A stretch of 61,896 nucleotides of DNA from Eledone cirrhosa (lineage: Eukaryota): the NCBI GenBank assembly GCA_964016885.1, contig CAXHJY010001220.1, positions 1 to 61,896 on the forward strand, read 5' to 3'. This document shows, piece after piece, positions 41,171-55,122 of the stretch. The stretch's first letter is position 1. Every line of letters starts with the position of its first letter. Position numbers and translations under genes: made by a program. Under the pieces are notes generated by a model. That model saw only the letters and a program-made list of their open reading frames with translations, did no database searches and was not told the DNA's origin.

Positions 41171-43371
41171 CATAATACATACATAATACATATGCATATA
41201 TACATACATGCATATATACAAGCATATATACATGATAGCTGTAAACTCTGCTAGGAGTATTGTAATCGCTTGTCAGATTACAGAAAATGGTGCACTTTTA
41301 GGCTACGGCCAGCCACACGAACCTGTAACATATCCTGAACAAGCAATGCCTGTGCTTTGAAGGTTTTTTTAAGTGGAAAAAGGCCTTGTACTCGACCAAT
41401 CCCACTCTCTGGGCATCGAAAACACTACCCGAAAAGGAGAACTGGTCAACATCATCGGATGCTTCCGAAGCCGCAGGTTCTTTTTCAGAGTTCCCTCTCC
41501 TAGAGAGGTGTTGTCACAACAACTGGAGGCCTTTCACCCCCCCCCCCCCCCCACACACACACACACACACTTCTCTCGGGAGATACGGGACTATGTATGC
41601 ATGCAATAGAGATGTATATGAAAGCTTATAGGATAAGTTTATATATAACAAACATATGTAAGTCTCACTATGACTATTTTAAGCTGTGATCATGTCATAG
41701 CTATATCTTAGTCGTGTAATAACGCCAGACATTTGTGTTTCAGTGACGTTTACTCATTCAGTACTGAAAGAAGAACAAGCTATAGCTTATATACTTTTGC
41801 GTATAAGACATCTGCTAGAGAAGCTCATAGTGCCTGCTTGACTTGGCTGACATTAATTAGCAGTAGCACTAACACAGCGTGATTCATTATAGAAATGTAT
41901 ATGAAGGCATATAGGAGATTTATATATATAACTCTTTCTAACATCGGGGAATTAACTCCAGCACTTAACTGGTTCTTTATTTTATCAACCTCGGAAAAAT
42001 AAAAGCATTGTTGACCTTGCCGACATTTGAACTTGGAGCGTAGACGGCCAGCACGAATACTGCAAATCATTCTATCTGATGCTCTAACGACTGTCAATCT
42101 ACCGCTCTATATGTTTATCTATAATAATTATATATAAGTTTCGCTCAGAATGTTTTAAGCTGTGATAATGTCACAGCTATTTCTTGCATATATCTATGCT
42201 CAGATCATCTTTTGTAGCCATTGTTAGTGTTACTGATCTTGTATACCGCTTGACCATACGACCAGGTAACTAAAAATTAATTTACTCTTTTACTTCTCTA
42301 AAGTTAATCATCTGTAGCAGTTATCGACAAGATTAAGTAAACTGAACTCATGTTAAAATATAAGATCCTCTCTCCTCGTTTGGGTTATTTTCACAACAGA
42401 ACGCTAAACTTCTGGAAATTTAGTTTCCGTAATAAACACAAGCTGGAAAAACACTTGAGAAAATAAAGTTTCAAATCTTATTGCTATCTGTATTATTTTA
42501 TGAGAGGATAAGATAAAGAACAGCAGCATCTCGTTATGCAAAAATAGAAAGCTTTGTAATCAAAACGCTGTCTAGATGGGTAAATCACATTGTGCGTATA
42601 TAGAAATCGATACTATCTATGCAAATAGATACTTCGTTTTCTGAATAAAATGAAAAGAAACCTGGAGCATATAGGGATGAAGGATTGGTCTGGGATTCAC
42701 TATCTCTAAACTGAAATTCCAAGACACACAAGTGATTCAGCAAGTTCTCATAGCTTGAGATTAGAAAAATGAAAACAACTGTGTATCATCATAAAACAGG
42801 ACAATAGAATGGATAGAGAGATACTAGATAGGTTGTGTAGGAAATATTTATATGTATCCATTTCAACTGGGCTCCAACTGCACATGTCATTTCATGTGAT
42901 TATTGTTTTCTCAACAACCAAAACGCTGCAGGAATACAATCCAAATTTGCAAGCATGTAAAATTATAATATTCCATATTCCAGCCAATGTTACTTACTTA
43001 TAAGATACGTGATTAATCATCAAGTCAACTTTAGCACCGATGTATCTAAGATTAATTATTATATCTGATAAGCTGTCTTGTTAAGGAGAGGAGAGCGACT
43101 TAAATATTTCTGCTCTAAACACATATTCTTCATAAAGTCTCTAATACACTAAACATAAAAACTGTGCGGTTTGCTTTTTCCAATCATGTTAAAGTTGTTT
43201 AGCTCCATGTCGGCCCTGATTGAGCAGGCTTATAATCACATGCTCTCCATCGATGGCCATCTAGTATGTTTAAACTGTGTCTTTCCTAGTTCAAAATTGC
43301 AGGGTATGATTGAAGGGAAATTTGCTATTATTTCTAGAAGGTTGGACCACAAAGAAGCTCTTTTTCTAGCA

Positions 43372-43533
43372 CGTCGTCCACCCTGTTATATATATAGTTG
43401 TAGGACTTTCATAAACCTTAGAGCCGTCGTCCACCCTGTTATATATAGTTGTGAGACTTTCACAAACCTTAGAGCCGTCTTCCACCCTGTTATATATAGT
43501 TGTGAGACTGTTTCACAAATCTTAGAGCCGTCT
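43372..43533 (+). repeat. Three ~50-bp tandem units
   Basis: GTC.TCCACCCTGTTATATATAGTTGT..GACTTTCA.AAACCTTAGAGCC x3. Confidence 0.75.
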
Positions 43534-43732
43534 TCTATTTTGTTACGAGAACACGTTAAGGCTCTGTGATGGCTCAGACACTTGTCCGTAGGCTGGATCT
43601 CCCTGAGAACTAAGTTATGAGAACACGTTAAGGACCTTAAAATGCTCAGTCACTTTGTTCCTAAATTTCACGTTCAGGCTGTTCCATTATTCGAACAACT
43701 GGAACACTTGTCGTCCGACGCGACGGAAGTCC

Positions 43733-43821
<89 letters not shown>

Positions 43822-43981
43822 TTGTACGGATATGTTTATGAATAATGGTATGGATGGGTCGATAGATGGGTGTGATGATGGATGAATGAATGGACGTGTA
43901 TGTATGTATGTATGTATGTATGTATGTATGTATGTATGTATGTATGTATGTATGTATGTATGTATGTATGTATGTATGTAT

Positions 43982-44312
43982 TGGTATCTAATGATGTTGA
44001 CTTGTTCTTCTTTTTGGTAAATATCATCTTGGTTAAGAGAGTGGGACTGGCTTTGTGCAGTGCCTTTGCTCACTATAAAAGCTTCACGGCACAGGCATTG
44101 CTTTATATCTGGAGACCTCTCTGCACTTGCCGTCACATGGTACCATGGGCCCAGCACTATGTGTCAATAATTGTCACAAGTGTAGTGTTTGTACCAGAGC
44201 TTTCAAGTCGCTGGCTAGACTAAAAAGTAACACTCGTTCAGCGCATCGGTAGGGGTTCTCCTACATGGATATAAAGTAGTGGCCGTACTCGAAAACGAGT
44301 TGGCAGCAACCA
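43982..44312 (+). mobile_element. 5'-truncated copy of the (TATG)n-tailed retroposon, flanked by (TATG)n on both sides
   Basis: Reverse complement of 40562-40892 with scattered substitutions. Confidence 0.75.
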
Positions 44313-44380
44313 TGTATGTATGTATGTATGTATGTATGTATGTATGTATGTATGTATGTATGTATGTATGTATGTATGCA

Positions 44381-44796
44381 TGTTCCTCCGCCCTTTTGTC
44401 TATCCACTGAAGAGGAAGGTGAGGAAAAGAGACTGTTCTGAACTGCCTGCTGTTTAGCATCATCTGGTTTGTCAGTACTGTGGTCGGGTCTGCCTGAGCA
44501 AAGCTGGTTTGATTAGACACGAACAAAGTCGTATCAGTAGACCTCATGTAGATTATGATCTGAAAAGGTGTAAGGAATGTGGCAAGGAACGTGCAAGCAT
44601 GGGAGGTATTAAAAGACACATGAGAACACACAGCCAGAACAAAGCAATGGAAAGTCCCGGAGGAGCCTACAGTTGCCATGCATGTGTCACAGGGTACAAG
44701 TCTTTGGCTGGTTTAAAGAGCCACATTCGTGCCACACATTTTTTAGCATTTTATCGGTCGATGGCAATACTCGAACATGAGTTAGCAGCCATCATG
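44381..44796 (+). mobile_element. LINE 3' end (RTE-like) encoding three C2H2-type zinc fingers, (TATG)n tail
   Basis: CQYCGRVCLSKAGLIRHEQS, CKECGKERASMGGIKRHMRTH, CHACVTGYKSLAGLKSHIRA; tail TACTCGAACATGAGTTAGCAGCCATCATG-(TATG)n. Confidence 0.7.
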
Positions 44797-45735
<939 letters not shown>

Positions 45736-45987
45736 AGAGGTGTGTATGTGTTAATAAGTATGTGCTTAAGATGTGTTAGAGAAGAGATCACGGGAAGCGT
45801 ACATCAAGCCTTGGGTTTGTTGTTTTACTTATGGGAAAACACAGTAATCAGCTAACCTTAATCGTTTAGTCTATCAAATTATATAGAATAGGGCATCACA
45901 GCTCTTGTTTCCGGTTCAACGGAGAGCCATATGAAAAATGATGCGATAGTGAGATGTATGTACGTGTGTGTCTGTGATAGATAGATA

Positions 45988-46808
45988 TGTTTCTTTTATT
46001 TGCCACCAGGGCATCAAAAGTGGGACAAGTACAAAGGGGGGGAGTTTACACAAAAAGGCGTCCTCAATAAGGAGGAGGCAATAACAAAATATAAAAATAA
46101 AATAAGATATAACAAAAAATAAAATTTATAACAAAATCCTCAATAGAGAGGAGGCGCCTTGGGGGGTCGCACACACCCCCGAAAAAAGTGTGCAACCCTT
46201 CTCCTCAGGAGCACAGAGAAGGGGTGCTCCCTTGGTCTTTCATCTTCCTCACCTATAGTCTGATGTAGAGTGAAGGCCCATTCACACGGGCCATTCTCGC
46301 CACTTTCACCCATCTTTCATAGAAACGGCTGGGGTGCAGCACCTCTCTCTCCATCCTGATCCTTCTTCCGAAATGATATCGGAAGAAACGGACCAGTTGT
46401 TGGCCAGAGAGAAAGGTGCCTGACCTCAGTCCTTTCAGACGCGTCCACCATACAACCTCTTTCGCCATGGCTATCTGTGATAGATAGATAGATAGGTAGA
46501 TATATAGATAGATTTCTTTATTAGCCACAAGGGCGCAACAAGAAAGGGGACAATACAAAGACATGCCGGGGATTTTACATACAGTCGTGTAAAAAATATA
46601 AAAACAAACAATTTCAACAATCGAAATCCCCAATAGGGGGGAGGCGTCACAAATGGGTTGTTTAATACCCCGTCGATAGAACAACCCTCAACTCGAGGAG
46701 CGTGTTGTGCAAGTGCTCCTTTCTTCCTTTTGCTCTCTTCCTCAACCTACAGGCTTATAAACAGGGCCAATCACTCGGGCCATTTTCGCTTCATTCACCC
46801 ACCTTTCA
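45988..46808 (-). mobile_element. Two tandem 5'-truncated Tx1-like LINE 3' ends (45988-46475, 46512-46808), each flanked by (GATA)n
   Basis: AMAKEVVWWTRLK..FYERWVKVARMARVNG resembles the L1/Tx1 ORF2 C-terminus; both end AATAAA(A)GAAA-(TATC)n. Confidence 0.7.
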
Positions 46809-47000
46809 GATAGGTATATAGTTAGATAGATGGATAGGTATATTTAGATAGATGGATGGATGGTTAGCTGGGGGGAGGGGGGGGGGACTGGATGGAAAGA
46901 TGGATGGATATAGATGGCGTATGAAATGCTTTGACGCCATATTAATGTGTGTGTATGTGTGTGTATAAATATATATATATATTTCGGGGTCTTACTGGTT

Positions 47001-47043
<43 letters not shown>

Positions 47044-47069
47044 CATGTGTGTTGTGTGTGTGTAAACAC

Positions 47070-47124
<55 letters not shown>

Positions 47125-47130
47125 ACATAC

Positions 47131-47177
<47 letters not shown>

Positions 47178-47183
47178 ACACAC

Positions 47184-47249
<66 letters not shown>

Positions 47250-47254
47250 CATAC

Positions 47255-47294
<40 letters not shown>

Positions 47295-47318
47295 GTATGT
47301 TGTGTGTGTGTAAACACG

Positions 47319-47358
<40 letters not shown>

Positions 47359-47400
47359 ACATACAGGTATATATATATATATATATATATACCTGTATGT

Positions 47401-47444
<44 letters not shown>

Positions 47445-47450
47445 CGTGTT

Positions 47451-47513
<63 letters not shown>

Positions 47514-47589
47514 GCGTGTATATATATATATGTGTGTGTGTGCGCGCGTGTGTGTGTGTATGTGTACCTGCATGTGCATGTGCGTGTTC

Positions 47590-47841
47590 GTGTGTGTGTG
47601 TTTGTGTGAGGTGGAAGTCATTTGAACATCAGAAAGAATGCTTTGCAGAATTCGTTCCGGTTCTTTGCGCCCTGGGTTCCAATCTCTCTCTCTCTCTCTC
47701 TCTCACTTCCATTCTCTCTCTCTCTCTCTCACTTCCATTCTCTCTCTCTCTCTCACTTCCATTCTCTCTCTCTCTCTCTCTCTCTCTCACTTCCATTCTC
47801 TCTTTCTCTCTCACTTCCATTCTCTCTCTCTCTCTCACTTC

Positions 47842-47891
<50 letters not shown>

Positions 47892-48350
47892 TCCATTCTC
47901 TCTCTCTCTCACTTCCATTCTCTCTCTCTCTCACTTCCATTCTCTCTCTCTCTCTCACTTCCATTCTCTCTCTCTCTCTCACTTCCATTCTCTCTCTCTC
48001 TCTCTCTCTCACTTCCATTCTCTCTCTCTCTCTCACTTCCATTCTCTCTCTCTCTCTCACTTCCATTCTCTCTCTCTCTCACTTCCATTCTCTCTCTCTC
48101 TCTCTCACTTCCATTCTCTCTCTCTCTAACTTCCATTCTCTCTCTCTCTCTCTCACTTCTATTCTCTCTCTCTCTCTCTCTCTCTCTCACTTCCATTCTC
48201 TCTCTCTCTCTCACTTCCATTCTCAATCATTCTCTGGAAGAAATCTGCCGCATTCAGACCTGGAGAGGAGATGGGCTCTACCAGGTTTTAAAGTCCCCAT
48301 AAAATGCCCCGTATGTCTCTACGGCGTCCCTACGGCACCCCTACGGCTCT
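47590..48350 (+). mobile_element. Long-tail SINE variant with an internal (CT)n-CACTTCCATT expansion (47683-48223)
   Basis: The single CTCACTTCCATTCT motif of 24950-24963 is amplified ~20x; the downstream tail matches 24980-25095. Confidence 0.75.
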
Positions 48351-48858
48351 CTAAGGGGTTACAGGACAAAAAAAAGAGAAATTGCACTATATCCAATGAC
48401 AGGACTTAATTACTAATTAACAGGTATCATAAGCCAGGTGGGGTGCTGGTGGTGGTGGAGAGGTTGATTAGTAGAGTCGTTAAAGCGTTAATGTCGTTAA
48501 TATGTTGTGATATTTATTACAGTTCTCTGTATCCTCTGAGTTCAAACAGAGTCAACGTCAATTTTGATTTTAATCTTGAGGTCGATAAATAAAGAACCAG
48601 TCCAGTGCTGGTGTAATTCCCTTTTCTCCCGCGCCCCCGTGGGGGTTTGTGGGAAGGGGTGTCTGCTCATGACTACATGTACACCAAAATGTTTTAGCGA
48701 AATTATGATACATACTGATACTAAGTCACCCTCGACTGCAAATGGTGGTCGTATTTTAGAATAAACCAGAAGAAATGTTGCACTTCTTCACACACCCGGG
48801 GCTACTGCTGTCCCTCGCCCTCCGCCTGATACTCTTCATGATGTATATACATTACTTG

Positions 48859-49082
48859 AGGGCGGTGGATTGGCAGTAATCGGTAGAGCGTCGACCAAAG
48901 TGTTTTGTGGTATTTAGTTACGTCCCTTTACATTCTGAGTTCCAATACCACTGAGGTTAGCTTTGCCTTTCATCCTTACGGGAACGATAAAACAAAATAC
49001 CAGTCAAGTACTGGGGTCGATATAAACTACTTTCCCCTTTCCCACAAAATTGTTTGACGTGTGCCTAAATCAGAAACCATTA
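48859..49082 (+). mobile_element. tRNA-derived SINE (older subfamily)
   Basis: A/B-box-like head plus central domain. Confidence 0.75.
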
Positions 49083-49542
49083 TTTGAGATGTTTGTCCCA
49101 ACGCAAATGACAATAACAATAGTTGGTCACTGTAAATATTAGTCGTACTGGTGTTGATATAATTGATTTGCCCACTTCCCACAAATTGCTGGGCTTGTGC
49201 CTAAATCAAAAACCATTATTTGTGGCCATAAATGATAAAAGTTAAATTGTTAGATTTGCAATTTGAAATCATGTCAAGCTACTGACAGGCGACTGCAATT
49301 TGAGAAGAATTATGAAGTCAACTATAAAGATAAAAATTCGACGTATGACGAGGCATTCATAAGATACAGATGCAACAGACTGAAATATATTCTGTGGGTT
49401 ATTTAACATAAAAATGTACATTGTTGTATAACTTCGTTATCCAACATATAAAATAATTAACGTCTCGTATGTTTAGACAGCGGCGAGCCGAGTTTGAAAA
49501 TTGAACTCGAGAATATTTCGCCGTAACTTTGACTAAATAAAA

Positions 49543-49656
49543 TAGTCTAATAATAAGAACAGAGTGTATAAACCCACTAAACAGAAAAAGATGGGCGTCA
49601 GCGGCCATCTTTTCCCGTTCAGTGGGTTTATACACGCCGTTATTATTATTAGACTA
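49543..49656. repeat. ~114-bp hairpin (MITE-like)
   Basis: TAGTCTAATAATAA..GTGTATAAACCCACT.AAC.G.AAAAGATGG / CCATCTTTT.C.GTT.AGTGGGTTTATACAC..TTATTATTAGACTA. Confidence 0.7.
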
Positions 49657-49842
49657 AGGGTGGTGAATTGGCAGTATCGGTAGAGGGTTGGACGCCATGC
49701 TTTCTAGCATAGTTACGTCCTTTACGAGTTCAAATCCCGTCGAGGTTAACTTTAACTTTCATCCTTACGGGGTCGATAAAATAAAGTACCTGTAATGTAC
49801 TGGGTAATTGCTGGCCTTGTGCCAAAAGTAGAAACAATTATT
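49657..49842 (+). mobile_element. SINE with clear ~16-bp target-site duplication
   Basis: ATTATTAGACTAAGGG on both sides. Confidence 0.88.
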
Positions 49843-49853
49843 AGACTAAGGGC

Positions 49854-51517
49854 AGTCGAGGATACACCCAGGCGATTACAAACATTGGTGAACAACGTTG
49901 GTATTAATGTAGAATTTTAACACTGTACTGTACTTCTACCATTATACTGTTTAAGATAAAAGCTGTTTCATGAAAATCGACCAATAATTGATAAACGTAT
50001 TAACAATTTTAGATAGGGAGTTTCTTTCCACCCAGCCTGCAGATCGTCTGAATTCTTAATGAAGTCGGTTGAGGATACTCCCAGACGATTACAAATAATT
50101 GTGGACAACGCTGATACCTATCAAGAATGAATGTTAACAATGTACTGTATTACTACCATTATACTGTTCAAAATAAAATATGTTTTATGGAAATTGACCA
50201 AATATTAATAAAGCTATTAACAATTTTAAATATGAAGTTTCTTTCCACACTCTCTTTACATCGTTTACATAAAAATATTCTAAATAATTCAGAAGGCCAT
50301 CAGCTTTTTAAAACTTCTATTTTTAGAAATTTCACTTACTTAAACAGAATAGAAATATATGTCATGTCTACTTAGATTAAACATAATTATCAAGGCCGAA
50401 CATGTTAATCTTTCTCTTTGATTCTGGAGAGATATTTACAATATATAGTTCCAAATGAATAATGAGTATCTATTATGCTATATGTATATATTGTATGGAA
50501 TAATGTTGGATAAAACTTTACTGTATCAGTGGTTTAGTATATGTGGTATATATGTGTGACGTCTGGACGAATATCTTCCACTGCCAACTATATTTCTTAC
50601 CCTTCGCCACTTGGTCCTCCAAATTATTCATATCTATCTCACGTTTTCTAAGAAATTTTATACTGAAGTCTGAAAATACGGTGTATATTTTCTGAAAACG
50701 ATGTTTACATTAGTTAATGCATCCTGTTTCAGTGAATTTCTAAGCACAATATAAAGCTGGAGTAAATTGTATCAATTGTTATAAAGATTGTTAACACAGT
50801 TTGACTTCTGTTTTAAACTACTAAACCAATTCATGTGGATCCGAATATAAATTATATTACCTCATTTTATTGGAAGCAAACATACTTTTAAATCTTAATT
50901 AATACAAGAAGAAAAAAAGAGTATAATATTATCTAAGAGATATATCTCAAAAGTAAGAAACTTATTTCAATAGTAACTCCAAAATCCCAGTGGCATTCCA
51001 TGGAATTAATATATTTCAAAATAAAACTGAACATTCGGCTTCCAATTATCGATAAAAGAGAAAATCTTCTGAGGATCTGCTTTCAAATAATGTTTTCTAT
51101 ATTGTGGATTTTTTGAAAAGTGTTATCTCTACTTTGATAAGCTTCGTTAATTGTTTCCATAGTAACTAGAATTTAGTTTCGGTTTACATGATCAAATTCT
51201 GGGAACTTAAAACATAGTGTAGTATATATATTTTTATGTATATAACTTGCAGTCTCTGTTTTATTCGTTTCGGTTATATACATTCTAATAACATTATCCG
51301 ATGGGGCAAAATGTTTCTTTATTATTGGAGTGCTAAAGATGCCCATTGCTAACAATACGTTCCAATAAGTGTTATTCTCGAATAAGAAAAATATTTTATT
51401 ATCTAACCCAAGGTAAGCAATATTTATAATATTTTCATTTACTGCAAATTTATATTTTTCTCTTTGAAATATGTTTAATATTGTAAGCAGGTAAATTATT
51501 TGAATTTTATATGTCTT
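49854..51517 (-). pseudogene. Decayed protein-coding region, family unassigned
   Basis: ~113 stop-free codons at 51176-51517 in very AT-rich DNA; further frameshifted pieces; a duplicated segment whose CNRLGVSST codons differ only synonymously. Confidence 0.45.
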
Positions 51518-51837
51518 TTATTTGAATTTTATATGAATCTTAGTTAATAGCCTTCAATAATGTGCATAATTCGATTTCCTATAACATTCCCTTTATGTGT
51601 TAGAAGGAAAATGTTTATTACGTCAGCTTCCCAATTTAATATAAACCAGTATATTAACGTATGTCAGTATATTAATATAAGTTATCTATATTAATAAAAA
51701 TAGCAACAAATATACAGCAACAGATAATTGCATCTAGACTGCTTGGAAAAATCAACACAACTTTAAATGGTTATATTACTATTACACATACGGGAAAACA
51801 AGGGACACGCTGAGATATTAAGAAAACCAGAATGGGA

Positions 51838-54600
<2,763 letters not shown>

Positions 54601-54811
54601 ATATTGTTATATTTGGGGAGGGTCATATTTGCGTAATATTGCCAGAATTAATAACAGAACACACTCACTGTTTGGTTGGTTTTCGCTTCTCGCTGTCTTT
54701 TATATATATATATCTGCGATCTAACTTACTCGGTCCTCAATGTTGCCATTGACTGACCGGCGGTCAAAAATAATACAGATACAATATAGACAAACACATA
54801 TATATATAGTT

Positions 54812-54856
54812 TACATAAATCTTTCGTTGCACATCTGCAACATCGTCAGTGGTGTT
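54812..54856 (-). ncRNA. Hammerhead-like motif in PLE 3' UTR (left arm)
   Basis: Mirror of 60026-60070. Confidence 0.5.
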
Positions 54857-55122
54857 ATATTCATTGTTCCTCCTGTTGTGTTGTATGTCTACGCCATTTT
54901 TTTTTGTTCAGTCTGTCTATATATTTATTTATTTATTTGCTTGTTTGTTTATCTTATTTTATTTTGTCTTCTTTGCGCATGCGTTTGCGTGTGTGTATAG
55001 TGTTATGTGTGATGTGTGACTAGTGTGTATAGTGTTGTGTCTGCTGGGTGACTAGTGTGTGTTTATGTGCTTGTGTATGTATTTATTTATCTTATTTTAT
55101 TTAATTTAATTTACTTATTTAT

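Noticed and set aside
47297-48409. Ser/Leu-rich ORFs
   Set aside because: Translations of the (CT)n-CACTTCCATT array
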